64,000 nt of DNA from Verrucomicrobiota bacterium (GCA_039649045.1 JBBWZL010000010.1:17811-81810); one strand, 5' to 3'; positions 1 through 9,239 are shown, counted from the first letter of the stretch. Translations and numbers: made by a program. The notes: generated from the sequence alone by a model not told the origin.

Positions 1-2585
1 AACTCGAGAACCGGGTCGGTCAGCTTTCCGTTAACCGGCAGGGAAGGGCCGAGAGCGCGAATAACCATTTTCTTGGGAGTCGCTCCCTGAACGATCAGAC
101 CCCCAATCAGCGCATCGTCGCCTGCGCCGACGCGGCCGCGAGTGGAAAGGTTTGCGGAGACACCGGAGAAGGCCGGCTTGTGGCCTCCAACGAATGGTTC
201 AATCGCAGCTCGGACATCGATCAACCCCCGGCCGTCGGTAGGAATAAATATCCTGAATAGTTGGTTGGCAAAGGCGTGGAACCGAGGAGTGGGCAAAGAC
301 CCTGTTATAATGGAAACGCTGGCGCCGCCTAGAAGGTCCGCTGAGTTTCCTCCGGCGTTTATCCCGGCAAGATCGCGATCGATTCCGAAAGACAAATTCT
401 TGCCAGTCGAAAAGCTGTTTCCAAAATCCAGAGTCAGGATACGCAAATCTGTCGACAAAGTCGGAGTGACAGAGATACCGCCGTTGTTTTGTCCGACGGT
501 GAAGGGAAAGCCAAGGTCCTGGCGAGGATCGAAGACCAGCGAAGTGCGGCTCAAGTCAATCGTGACCTGCCGCAGGGTTGTGCCGTCGTTTGGACCGGCA
601 AAGGTCAGCTTGAAAAAATTCGGACTGGTCGCGCTCTCGTTACTATCGTCCCCGGCAGCCTCGAGAAACGGCAAATAGGCATTGCCGGCCTGCGCATAGA
701 TCATGTTGGCCTGCGAATAATTCGGATCGCTGTCGTGGGGAAAAGTCGATTCCTGCAAAATGCCGCGAAGATTACCCGGACTCAGGGAACCTGGGCCACC
801 AGCGGCTTCCAGGAGCAAAGCGGCAAACGCTCCGGCATTAGGAGCGGCGGCGCTGGTTCCAAAGAAATTCGGGTAGCCGTCGTTGTCGTAATCCGATCCG
901 GCGTCCGTGGGAAAAAATGAAGTGTCGACGCCATCGGCCGCGGCGAACTCCGGTTTCAAGCGGAACTCGGGCGAAGCGAGCCGCTGGCCTTGGGCATCAA
1001 AATAAAAGGGGAGGTTGCCACCTGTTGCGGTGAACGATTCGAGCGCTGGTTCGTAGGGACCCGGCGGCGGATTGCTCTTTGCCGGGTTATAATTCGGCAC
1101 CGTGTCCGGAGTGTTGCTGTAAACATACGCAGCGACGGCATTCGCATTCGCCGCCGAAGGGTGTCCGTAGAGTGAAATGACATTGTTCGTGAAGTAAGGA
1201 CCAGTGATAAGCCCGTCACCATAAGAGATGAGGCGCAAGTGCCGCGCGTTCGGCGGAGCGGCGGAGCGCAGGCTGATGACAAGCTGATAATTCGTGTTCG
1301 GATTGAGATCGACGATCTCGATCGGCTCGCCCGTCGAGAAGCTGTTGTCCGTGCCGCTAAGCGTTGCGAGGTAGTTCCCGCTTTGGTCGAAAACAAGGAG
1401 GTTGTAATCGGTCGTGACCGAACCGGACAGAAACGGATCGTCCCACTGGAAGACGATTTCGTGGGAGCTGCCGGCGTCGGTGGTTACCGGGATAGCAATG
1501 ACCGGGGTGGAATTCGAACTAAAGTTGTGGAAGCCGCCGGCGTAAAGGTTCGCGGGCACTGATGTGAAGCGAAGAGTGCCTTTGGGCGTCGTCGAAGGAA
1601 CGATGTTCGCGTCGGCGGCATAACCACGATTGCTGCTGTTCCCCGCGGCGGAGAAGAAAGCGACTTTTTTTCCAGGAAGCGAATCGCTGGTCGCGAGGTC
1701 GTTGATCGCCTGGGAAATAATTCCATCGGAAAAGAATGGTTCGTCGGCGAAACCAATGTCATCGACGATGACATCGCAAAGCGTCTGGGAATTGGTGCGC
1801 AAATTCCGGATGCTTTGCGCCATTGAGACCTGGGTGTTTCCCGAAGCGGCGAAACAGATTTTCGCGGCCGGCGCAATATCGTGCACGATCTCAGCCATGC
1901 CCCGGCCTTCGTCCGACCCGGAAGTATCGTCGTCTCTCAGAATCACTACCGGCTGAGTGTAGCCGTCGGGATTGCCGGGACCCGGCAGATCGCCGGAAGC
2001 GACTCCGACGCTCGCCCGTGGAACTCCCGTTGCGCGATCGTACGAATCCGAGACCAGGCCGACACTGATGTTGCGGCCCAGAATACCTTGTGGAGTCAAC
2101 ACACCGGGCGCATTCACTTCCGCGGCGTGTTCCACCACGCTGCTCTCGGCCGTAACTACTCCGGCACGGCGCACGGGTCGGGGCGCGAGCATGATGCTGC
2201 GCACTCCTTTCATGTTCGCGGCCGCGATCGCCTGGGAAAGGGGCAACCAGGCCGAGACGACTCCGTTGCGCCAATGCAAATCGACCGCCATCACTTCGAC
2301 TTCCAAAGCAGTCAGGCCCGCGGTCACATCGGCGGCCGGGATCTCGCCGCTGAGATGAATATTGACCACCACGCGGCCGGAATTGTCGGACATGATCGAC
2401 CTCGCCGAACTGATCCTCGTCTGGAGCTGGCTTTGGTCCTGTTGGAATAACTCAACCAGTTGCTTTAGCCCCAATCCGAGATTCTCCGGCACCGGGGAAG
2501 TGACTGGATCATTCGCCGGCAAATTTTGCGCATGCACAGTGATGGCAAAACCAAAAATGCAGATGCAAAAAACAAATCGGTTCAT
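1..2585 (-). CDS. S8-family (subtilisin-like) secreted serine peptidase, 3'-partial (continues beyond left edge)
   Basis: Absent from the supplied ORF track because it has no in-window stop. My own translation from the ATG at 2585 stays open to nt 1, with frame checked at several points. Signal peptide MNRFVFCICIFGFAITVHA. S8-like Asp/His/Ser regions VGLVSDSYD, EGRGMAEIVHDIAP, FFGTSAAAPNAGAFAALLLEA. The last ~45 aa (LSTRGRVGAGDDALIGGLIVQGATPKKMVIRALGPSL..) begin the C-terminal module also present in the two BNR/PKD giants. Confidence 0.8.
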   Translation of the reverse strand, partial: MNRFVFCICIFGFAITVHAQNLPANDPVTSPVPENLGLGLKQLVELFQQDQSQLQTRISSARSIMSDNSGRVVVNIHLSGEIPAADVTAGLTALEVEVMAVDLHWRNGVVSAWLPLSQAIAAANMKGVRSIMLAPRPVRRAGVVTAESSVVEHAAEVNAPGVLTPQGILGRNISVGLVSDSYDRATGVPRASVGVASGDLPGPGNPDGYTQPVVILRDDDTSGSDEGRGMAEIVHDIAPAAKICFAASGNTQVSMAQSIRNLRTNSQTLCDVIVDDIGFADEPFFSDGIISQAINDLATSDSLPGKKVAFFSAAGNSSNRGYAADANIVPSTTPKGTLRFTSVPANLYAGGFHNFSSNSTPVIAIPVTTDAGSSHEIVFQWDDPFLSGSVTTDYNLLVFDQSGNYLATLSGTDNSFSTGEPIEIVDLNPNTNYQLVISLRSAAPPNARHLRLISYGDGLITGPYFTNNVISLYGHPSAANANAVAAYVYSNTPDTVPNYNPAKSNPPPGPYEPALESFTATGGNLPFYFDAQGQRLASPEFRLKPEFAAADGVDTSFFPTDAGSDYDNDGYPNFFGTSAAAPNAGAFAALLLEAAGGPGSLSPGNLRGILQESTFPHDSDPNYSQANMIYAQAGNAYLPFLEAAGDDSNESATSPNFFKLTFAGPNDGTTLRQVTIDLSRTSLVFDPRQDLGFPFTVGQNNGGISVTPTLSTDLRILTLDFGNSFSTGKNLSFGIDRDLAGINAGGNSADLLGGASVSIITGSLPTPRFHAFANQLFRIFIPTDGRGLIDVRAAIEPFVGGHKPAFSGVSANLSTRGRVGAGDDALIGGLIVQGATPKKMVIRALGPSLPVNGKLTDPVLE

Positions 2586-3060
2586 CGAGCGAATCAGCCC
2601 GGAGGCCGTCGCAAGACAATATCGCACGCCGGCGCCTCCGCCAAATCCACCTGCGCAACCGGCCTCGCCATTAATTTGCAGATGACGAACCGCGCTGGGT
2701 ATGTTGTCTTGAGCGTATGCACAAGGACCTGCCGCCGGGGATTTTTGATTTAAGCGAGCGGTCCACGCGATATGCCGCCGGCTTTTGTTTTGTCGTCGGC
2801 TTTATCCTCAGCGTGATCGTGCGAGTGGGGTTCGTTCTAGCCCGGGAACATTTCTCGCAAGTCTCGCCCTGGTCGGGCGAATGGTAAGCCGCAATAACGG
2901 TGTGACTGCGGAATGGGATTGCATCTTTATGCGGTTGATGGAATCTCTTCCCGCGTTCATGTTCGCCATCCGCAAATAATCAGAGAAATCTGAGAGCCTC
3001 AACAGGCGTAGCGGACCAATCCGAATTCTCCCCCCGAGCGATTTGGAAATAAGAAATTTT

Positions 3061-3471
3061 ATGATGCGAAATATTGTCCTGATCCTTGTCTCCACCGCAG
3101 TTGCCGGCGCCGCTATGCTCCACGCCGCGCCGACCCCAACGCCGAGTGCCCAAAAGGCGTCGACCAAGAATAAGACAGAGTTGAAACCGTCGTCGAAGAA
3201 TGTGACCGCGGCGGCGCCGCTGACCGCAGGCTGGTCACTCGCCAATGGCATCTGGGTTCATAGCGACGGCTACAAGTACGTAAACGGTCAGGTGATCCGG
3301 ACCGGCAACCAGACGCACAAACGAGTGCCGAAGCCGCCCACCAAGGCGCAGCTGGATGCCACAACGAAAAAGGCGCCGCCTTCACCCAAAGACCCCGCCG
3401 CGGCGAAGGCCGCCGAGCGGGAACGCAACCTCACTCCGCGGCCCGCGCCGCAAACCGGCACGCATCTGTAG
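3061..3471 (+). CDS. small secreted Lys/Pro-rich hypothetical protein
   Basis: ORF-track 3043..3471 trimmed to the first ATG. Signal-peptide-like MMRNIVLILVSTAVAGAAMLHA. No recognisable domain. A degenerate copy of its 3' end lies at 3932..4163. Confidence 0.5.
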   Translation: MMRNIVLILVSTAVAGAAMLHAAPTPTPSAQKASTKNKTELKPSSKNVTAAAPLTAGWSLANGIWVHSDGYKYVNGQVIRTGNQTHKRVPKPPTKAQLDATTKKAPPSPKDPAAAKAAERERNLTPRPAPQTGTHL

Positions 3472-3496
3472 GCAACCTGCGCCCGCGCAATCGGGG

Positions 3497-3526
3497 TTGG
3501 TCATCCGAGATCGATCATGATTTATT
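3497..3526 (+). promoter_or_regulatory. putative sigma70-type promoter of tRNA copy 1 (TTGGTC-N18-TTTATT)
   Basis: The same hexamers with the same 18-nt spacing, but a different spacer sequence, recur upstream of tRNA copy 2 (4801..4830). The -10-like element ends 12 nt before the mature tRNA 5' end. Confidence 0.4.
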
Positions 3527-3538
3527 CGTGATCGTGCG

Positions 3539-3610
<72 letters not shown>

Positions 3611-3611
<1 letters not shown>

Positions 3612-3648
3612 GCCTTCGCTTTGGCGCGCTAGCGCGAAAGCGAAGGCT
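3611..3648 (+). terminator. GC-rich hairpin immediately 3' of tRNA copy 1 (terminator or REP-like)
   Basis: AGCCTTCGCTTT(GG)CGCGC-TA-GCGCG-AAAGCGAAGGCT gives a 17-bp stem with a 2-nt bulge. There is no following T-tract, so its role as an intrinsic terminator is uncertain. Confidence 0.35.
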
Positions 3649-3931
3649 GCCACGCCGTAACGAAGTGGAGGCGGGCGATGCTGCGATTGCTTCCGGGCGC
3701 TCCGAAGACTACGGCTTGGCAGGCCACTTCCATTTTCGATTTTCGATTAGAAAGACGCCACGGATCTGCGGGCAACCGCCCCTCCGTTCACGATATCCCC
3801 GAGACAGACCTCTAGCTTCGGCGCAGCGTCCGGTTCTTTTGAGGCAGCCACGCCATCAAGAATCGTCGTGTCAGACAACTCAGCGCCAAGAGAGGCAAAG
3901 CCACCGCCAAGACTCGCGCGCGATGACTTAA

Positions 3932-4163
3932 ACGGAAGTTCATGGGCCGGTGCGACGCCGTCGTGTCGACCGTGATGGGCCAGTCTTTGATCCTCTCGGC
4001 CGCCAACTGAAGGCGCCGAAGCCTCCGACCAAAGCCGAGATGCGAACTTGCGCTCAAGAAAAAACCGGCGCCCCAAACTCCGGCGGAAGCTGCCGCGGCC
4101 AAGGCTGCCCAAGGTGAGCGCAACCTCACGCCGCGCCCGGCTCCGCAGACCGGCTCACTGTAA
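3932..4163 (+). pseudogene. frameshifted remnant of a paralog of 3061..3471
   Basis: One frame reads ..GRQLKAPKPPTKAEM. and another reads ..KKKPAPQTPAEAAAAKAAQGERNLTPRPAPQTGSL*. Compare the intact gene's ..HKRVPKPPTKAQLDATTKKAPPSPKDPAAAKAAERERNLTPRPAPQTGTHL*. There is no usable start codon and the frame is interrupted. Confidence 0.4.
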
Positions 4164-4261
4164 ACCGCCGGCCGCGCTGGAGCAGCGAATCCGCCCTGAA
4201 AACTTCACCGGCGGGGACTCGCGCTCCGCGTCGCTATTCTGCGGAAAAGGCAGGACTCCGG

Positions 4262-4642
4262 TCAGAGCCCCGTGTTGTCTACGTCCCAAGGTTCGATACT
4301 GGAATCGGTCATGCCCGCTTTGTAGGCGACTGCAAAGAAATACGCATACTGACCATTCCCAACTCCCAACGGCCCGTAGTACACCTGGCAATTAATCGGA
4401 GTCGGGCCATCGTGGGTCGGGACAGGGGGCGGGCCATACGGCCACAGGCTCCTGGTGTAAAAGATAATTGCTCCGCTGGTAGCGGTGGTTATCGAGACAT
4501 AAATAGTATTCGGATGGTGACCTGTCTGCGTAAATTCCGGCATCTCGACCTGGTCGGCCAGGACAGAAGAAGTGGGGAATACAATCAGCGCCAGCGCTGT
4601 GAGCAACGCATTAATGGTGCGGCAAATGGATTTTGGTTTCAT
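4262..4642 (-). CDS. small secreted protein with chitobiase/FN3-associated-like C-terminal-type domain
   Basis: Signal peptide MKPKSICRTINALLTALALIVFPTSSVLA. The pattern ..AIIFYT..P..G...YYGPL......AVAYKAGMTDSSI resembles CHB_HEX_C_1-type domains. This is pattern recognition only. Confidence 0.55.
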   Translation of the reverse strand: MKPKSICRTINALLTALALIVFPTSSVLADQVEMPEFTQTGHHPNTIYVSITTATSGAIIFYTRSLWPYGPPPVPTHDGPTPINCQVYYGPLGVGNGQYAYFFAVAYKAGMTDSSIEPWDVDNTGL

Positions 4643-4800
4643 AATAACTGACTCTTTCTTGGTGAGGGTTAACTTCGCCCTTCGCTCTGTTGCGGGTTTT
4701 TACAGCAGAATGTTTCCACTTATTGAATACGACATTCGCTTAGCGGAGTTCGCTAAAAGTTGTTGCGGCGTTGTGCCGGCGGCCGCAACCACATTCGAGG

Positions 4801-4830
4801 TTGGTCATCCATTGCCGGGCATGGTTTATT
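4801..4830 (+). promoter_or_regulatory. putative promoter of tRNA copy 2 (TTGGTC-N18-TTTATT)
   Basis: See 3497..3526. The hexamers and spacing are conserved while the spacer has diverged. Confidence 0.4.
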
Positions 4831-4842
4831 CATGGCCGAGGC

Positions 4843-4915
4843 GGGCCTATAGCTCAGCGATTAGAGCAGGGGACTCATAATCCCTTGGTTCCAGGTTCGA
4901 ATCCTGGTGGGCTCA
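4843..4915 (+). tRNA. second tRNA(CAT) copy, diverged at 3 positions; possibly impaired
   Basis: Same cloverleaf as 3539..3611, with three differences: D-loop AGCGATTA (G19 to A, normally a conserved tertiary partner of the T loop), variable loop TGGTT, and acceptor 3' side TGGGCTC (creates G2:U71). Confidence 0.75.
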
Positions 4916-4917
4916 GT

Positions 4918-4949
4918 TCAGAATCAGAGGTCAGAAGTCAGAGGTCAGA
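4918..4949 (+). repeat. heptamer word array (TCAGAGG/TCAGAAG) x ~4.5
   Basis: TCAG recurs at 4918, 4924, 4931, 4938 and 4945. The array fills the whole gap between the tRNA 3' end and the TTG start of the next ORF. Confidence 0.9.
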
Positions 4950-6530
4950 TTGAACCGGTTTCTTCGTGGCGGATTACGTGCGGCTGAGATCCTCATTTTC
5001 ACAGCGCTCATTCTCGGAACGCGTTGCGCGAATTATCAGGATGTCTTTGTCGGCGGCGACATCTATTTTACTGACGCTGATTGCTACTCGCGCATGACGC
5101 GCGCACGAATGTGCGCGGAACATCCGGGCCTCATTCTTCGCCATCATTCGTTTGAGAATTTTCCGGCGGGAACTACGCCGCACACGACGGCGCCCTTCGA
5201 TTATCTTATCGTCGCGCTCGCCGCGGCGCTGAAGCCGTTCACGGCGCGGGCGCTTGAGCTTGCGGGCGCGATTGTTTCGCCTCTTCTTGCCTTGCTCGGC
5301 GGGTGGTTTTTGTGGTGGTGGTCGCGCCGATCTGGATTGCGATATCGCGCCGGATTGTTGCTGCTTTATGCGGCGAGTCCCATTCTTGCCCACGGCGGCG
5401 AGCTCGGCCGGCCCGATCATCAGTCGCTTCTGATGCTGCTTCTGACGGTCGCGATTTGCGCGGAATGGACTTTGCAGACCGAACCATCGCGCAGATGGAG
5501 CTTGGTCAGCGGCGGCGCGTGGAGCTTTGCTTTGTGGGTATCGGTTTACGAGCCACTCATTTTGTTGTCGGTCATCCTTATTTCTCACGCGCTTTTCGCC
5601 CGGGAGAATTTCACGGCCCGATTTCGCGGACCGGGCTGGATTGTCTGCGGGATGATTGTCGCGCTCGTGCTCTTTATCGAACAACGGCTGCCCGGCTGGT
5701 CCGGCCTTGTCGCCGATCCGATCCTGGCGAATTGGGCGCGAACCATTGGAGAACTCAATCACGTCCCGGTCACCGACGTAATCTGGTTGAGCTGGGCCGG
5801 GCTGCTGCTCATTCCGCTTCCGGCGCTTCTCTGGATCGCCGTTCGAAAAACAAAAGCGGTTCCGCTTTTCCTGGCCGCGCTTTTGGTCGCGACGTTTGTG
5901 CTCACGGTCTGGCAGGCGCGCTGGGCTTATTTTTTTGTGACCATCTTCGCGCTGACGATCCCCGGACTGCTCGCAGTCGTTCCCGCGCGCCTCGTCGCGT
6001 ATGTCGCGATCGGCGTTTCGCTGTGGCCGGTCCTGAAAAACTGGGACGAGAAACTTTGGCCTAACGAGTTGGAAAATGCGCGTCGTTTTGAAAGCCGGTA
6101 CGAGGCGGCGAAATGGCGCGAAACAGCAAAGCTGCTTGTCGCAGAAACGAAAACCCCATTTCTGGCGCCGTGGTGGTGGTCGCCCTCGGTCGCGTATTGG
6201 TCTGGCCAGCCCGGCCTGGCTGGTTCATCACACGAATCGCTGGCCGGGATCGCGCAGAGCGCCCGGTTTTATCTCGCGCCGGATGCCGCCACGGCGCACG
6301 AGATCTTGATCACGAACAAGATCGAATGGGTGCTGGTTTACGATGCCGACCGCACGGTCCAGAATTCCTCGGCCCTTCTCGGCATTTCTCCGCCCGCCGA
6401 ACCGCTCGGTGGTGTCCTTGATCGCGCCCCCTCCCAAGCGCCTCGATTCCTCCAGCTGGTCTCTCAAAATGCGGTATGCAAACTTTTTCGGGTGCGATTT
6501 TCCGAGGAAAAAGAGGATTTCCCGAGGTAA
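4950..6530 (+). CDS. GT-C fold membrane protein, STT3/AglB-like putative oligosaccharyltransferase with degenerate WWDYG motif
   Basis: Multi-TM ORF with only a TTG start available. First-loop motif IYFTDADCYSRMTRAR (compare DPDxYYHxR of STT3/AglB). APWWWSPSVAYWSG sits at the WWDYG position. ARFYLAPDAATAHEILITNKIEWVLVYD resembles the STT3 C-terminal ..EILxxxxVxYVLV pattern. Confidence 0.55.
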   Translation: MNRFLRGGLRAAEILIFTALILGTRCANYQDVFVGGDIYFTDADCYSRMTRARMCAEHPGLILRHHSFENFPAGTTPHTTAPFDYLIVALAAALKPFTARALELAGAIVSPLLALLGGWFLWWWSRRSGLRYRAGLLLLYAASPILAHGGELGRPDHQSLLMLLLTVAICAEWTLQTEPSRRWSLVSGGAWSFALWVSVYEPLILLSVILISHALFARENFTARFRGPGWIVCGMIVALVLFIEQRLPGWSGLVADPILANWARTIGELNHVPVTDVIWLSWAGLLLIPLPALLWIAVRKTKAVPLFLAALLVATFVLTVWQARWAYFFVTIFALTIPGLLAVVPARLVAYVAIGVSLWPVLKNWDEKLWPNELENARRFESRYEAAKWRETAKLLVAETKTPFLAPWWWSPSVAYWSGQPGLAGSSHESLAGIAQSARFYLAPDAATAHEILITNKIEWVLVYDADRTVQNSSALLGISPPAEPLGGVLDRAPSQAPRFLQLVSQNAVCKLFRVRFSEEKEDFPR

Positions 6531-6569
6531 TCCGTTGACAGAGGCATCGGGTATTACCATAATGCCGCC

Positions 6570-7145
6570 GTGCTGAAGAAATTCATTCCGCAAAAGCCCA
6601 TGTCGTCGATCGGAGAAGGATCGTTAAGCGCGGGCCCTGAGCAGAACAACGGTCTCGCTCAGCGCGAAGAACCAAGGACATCACCACCAACAATCGATCC
6701 AAAAAAATATATGGCTGAACATTCTGGCAAAGACATTCTCTCAAGCGACGTCGAGATCAAAGGCTCGATCAAATTTCAAAAAGAACTGCTGATTGACGGC
6801 AAAGTGGAGGGCGAAATCAATTCCGATGGCGTCCTGACCATTGGCGAGAACGCCGATATCCGCGGCGAAATCAAAACCAAGTCGATCACCGTCTACGGTA
6901 AGATCCAGGGTAACATCACCGTGAGTGAGCGCTGCGAACTCAAATCGCGTTGCACGCTCCAGGGCGACCTGAAAGCCGCGCGTCTCGTCATCGAAGAAGG
7001 CGCGACCTTTATCGGGAAATCCGAGGTTACCAGCGCCGCGGGCGGCAATAAGAGTGTTGTTGCTCCCGCGGCCCCGCGACCGGAGATCGTTCGGAACGAA
7101 GAGCCGGCGTCGCCACCGAAGTCGGCCTTCGGCGCACGAGTCTAG
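6570..7145 (+). CDS. bactofilin (DUF583) family polymer-forming protein
   Basis: Beta-helical repeat signature ..SDVEIKGSIKFQKELLIDGKVEGEINSDGVLTIGENADIRGEIKTKSITVYGKIQGNITVSERCELKSRCTLQGDLKAARLVIEEGATFIGK. The start is uncertain: GTG 6570, ATG 6600 or ATG 6711. Confidence 0.8.
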   Translation: MLKKFIPQKPMSSIGEGSLSAGPEQNNGLAQREEPRTSPPTIDPKKYMAEHSGKDILSSDVEIKGSIKFQKELLIDGKVEGEINSDGVLTIGENADIRGEIKTKSITVYGKIQGNITVSERCELKSRCTLQGDLKAARLVIEEGATFIGKSEVTSAAGGNKSVVAPAAPRPEIVRNEEPASPPKSAFGARV

Positions 7146-7172
7146 GCAGCCACCTTTCGCCAGAGCTGCCCC

Positions 7173-8018
7173 GTGGCAAAGTCGTCGCCTGCAAAAGTCA
7201 GTGTGGATTGTCCCCACTGTGGCTTTAAGCAGATGGAGTATGCGGCGGCCAAGAGCACGATGTGCCGCCAATGCGGCTCGCATTTTGCGCCCGCGGCGCC
7301 GAAGCAGGAGATCCGCCTTCGGCCCAAGGACGAGCCGGTTGAAGCCGCTCCCGATCCATCGCTTTTCCGCAAACTTGAAGGCTACTGGAACAAGCATCAC
7401 AACTCGGAAATCGAATGTTTCGATTGCAAGGCGAAGCAGGAAGTCAGCTCCGCCGCCTCATCCACATTTTGCCCGAAATGCAGCACGCACATCGATCTGC
7501 GCGATTACAAGGTCACCACGAGCTTCAGCCGTTCCATTAAGACCCAGGGCGAAATCCATATTACCGCGAAAGGCGATCTCAGCAGCAGCACCGTGACCTG
7601 CCGCTCCGCGCTCCTCGAAGGCAAATTGCGCGGCAATATGCAATGCATGGGCACGGCCACGATCAATTTCATCGGCAAGATTCCCGGACGGTTGAAGGCC
7701 GAACACATTCTGGTCGACCGAAAATCTGACGTTCACTTTTTTCGTCAGGTCCGCGTCAGAAGCATCGAGATCAGAGGCAGGATGACAGGGGAAATTGTCG
7801 CGGAGGCGGCGGTCGTTATTCATCGCGGCGCGGTTCTGGACGGAAATGTGACGGCAAAATCGATCTCAGTGGAAAAAGGTGGAATTTTCACCGGCCAACT
7901 GATCATCGGCAGCGCCGGGCTCACGCAGGCTGAGCTTCTGCCCGAAGCGAAGCCGGCGGCGATCGCGCCGGAACAGATCGCTCCGGTGGCGGCGCCGCAT
8001 CCTCTGCCCGCGACCTAG
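7173..8018 (+). CDS. double zinc-ribbon / bactofilin-domain fusion protein
   Basis: N-terminus has CPHCG..CRQCG and CFDC..CPKC pairs. The C-terminal half has bactofilin-like repeats (IHITAKGDLSSSTVTCRSALLEGKLRGNM..GEIVAEAAVVIHRGAVLDGNVTAKSISVEKGGIFTGQL). GTG start. Confidence 0.7.
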   Translation: MAKSSPAKVSVDCPHCGFKQMEYAAAKSTMCRQCGSHFAPAAPKQEIRLRPKDEPVEAAPDPSLFRKLEGYWNKHHNSEIECFDCKAKQEVSSAASSTFCPKCSTHIDLRDYKVTTSFSRSIKTQGEIHITAKGDLSSSTVTCRSALLEGKLRGNMQCMGTATINFIGKIPGRLKAEHILVDRKSDVHFFRQVRVRSIEIRGRMTGEIVAEAAVVIHRGAVLDGNVTAKSISVEKGGIFTGQLIIGSAGLTQAELLPEAKPAAIAPEQIAPVAAPHPLPAT

Positions 8019-8028
8019 CCCGGGCTCA

Positions 8029-8448
8029 ATGCAAAAGCTGCGTCCACGCAGTCCCTACGAACGGCTCGGCGGTTTCGTCCATCTGCCGCGCTTGATCGAT
8101 AAGGCGAGGCTCCATCGCAAGGGATTGCTCGATGGCTACAACTACAAATCCACCGGGTTCGACAAGCATCTGCTCGCGTTCCTGAAATTGAATGCGGACG
8201 CGTTCGAAGAGGTGGCCCATCGTCTCGATGACGACGCAGCGATCCTCGATTGGGTCCAAGAAAATGGCGCGAAACATTCGCCCGAGGCGATCGAGCAGTG
8301 GAACGAAGCGATGATCGCGCGCCACCCCGATACCGCAGCGAAAAAAGCGCGCTTCCTCCATTTTCTTAAGGAAGCCGGCGGGTCCGGCCGCAAAGATATC
8401 CGCACTTACTTCGACCTGATCGAGTTCGACGAGGGGAGACTGAAATAA
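8029..8448 (+). CDS. DUF5069-domain protein
   Basis: N-terminal PRSPYERLGGFVHLPRLIDKAR pattern typical of DUF5069 (from memory). Confidence 0.6.
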   Translation: MQKLRPRSPYERLGGFVHLPRLIDKARLHRKGLLDGYNYKSTGFDKHLLAFLKLNADAFEEVAHRLDDDAAILDWVQENGAKHSPEAIEQWNEAMIARHPDTAAKKARFLHFLKEAGGSGRKDIRTYFDLIEFDEGRLK

Positions 8449-8451
8449 TTT

Positions 8452-9204
8452 TCAGCGCGCGAACTTTGCGAAAATCTGGTTCGCTTCTTCCAGCGTTTCT
8501 TTGCTGCCGATGTCGAACCAGGTGCCTCTGATCTGATACGCCTTCACCGGTTTGCGCTGGTAAAGCCACTGGATAAACCGACCGGGCTGATCCGGATTGT
8601 TGCCCGCGGCGATGTAGGTAGTGAATAGCGGAATGATCTCACGCGAAAAATAATAAAGCGCGATCCCGGCCATGGTGTTCTTCGGCTCGGCCGGCTTTTC
8701 TTCGAATTGGGTAATGACGCCGGCCGAGTCGATCGTGATGCTGCTGTATTTCTTGATCGCCTCCAGATCGCCGACATCGTAGGTCGCCAGGGTCGCCTCG
8801 GACCTCTTTGCTTCCCGCGCGAAATCGAGCAGCGGCTCGCTGAACAGATTGTCACCCGCGACGATGATTAGGTCATCCTTCGCCAATTCTTCGCGGGTGA
8901 TTACCAGGCAAATATCGCCGATCGCGCCGAGCTTGTCCGAATCGTCCGTCGAACCGTCGTCGATAATCTTGATCGCAAAGCCAGCTTTCTTTTTGCGGTA
9001 ATCCTCGGCCCACGCCTGAAAGTCTTTCACGAACTTGCTGTTCGTCACGACATAAACCGTTTCGAGATCGGGGACAGCCGCGAGATTATCGAGTACCCAA
9101 TCAATCATCGGTTTTCCGGCGACCTCGAGGAGCGGCTTCGCTTTATGCAAAGTCAGGGGATATAGCCGCGTGGCGTAACCGGCGGCGAGGATGAGAACAT
9201 TCAT
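8452..9204 (-). CDS. sugar-phosphate nucleotidyltransferase (NTP_transferase family)
   Basis: MNVLILAAGYATRLYPLTLHKAKPLLEVAGKPMIDW is the canonical G-x-G-T-R-L/PK-P-L N-terminus. Confidence 0.8.
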   Translation of the reverse strand: MNVLILAAGYATRLYPLTLHKAKPLLEVAGKPMIDWVLDNLAAVPDLETVYVVTNSKFVKDFQAWAEDYRKKKAGFAIKIIDDGSTDDSDKLGAIGDICLVITREELAKDDLIIVAGDNLFSEPLLDFAREAKRSEATLATYDVGDLEAIKKYSSITIDSAGVITQFEEKPAEPKNTMAGIALYYFSREIIPLFTTYIAAGNNPDQPGRFIQWLYQRKPVKAYQIRGTWFDIGSKETLEEANQIFAKFAR

Positions 9205-9239
9205 GGAGTCGGAGAAACTAGGCGCAAAGGACGATGCGG

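Noticed and set aside
2586-3042. Possible riboswitch or sRNA in the 457-bp spacer (contains CTGAGAG, reminiscent of the TPP element)
   Set aside because: I could not assemble the remaining conserved TPP, SAM or cobalamin core elements by eye. A covariance-model scan (Rfam/Infernal) would be needed to decide.
4974-5762. 262-aa minus-strand ORF (Arg-rich) antisense to the GT-C gene
   Set aside because: Its highly basic low-complexity composition is typical of antisense frames in GC-rich DNA. The plus-strand ORF has coherent TM topology and STT3-like motifs.
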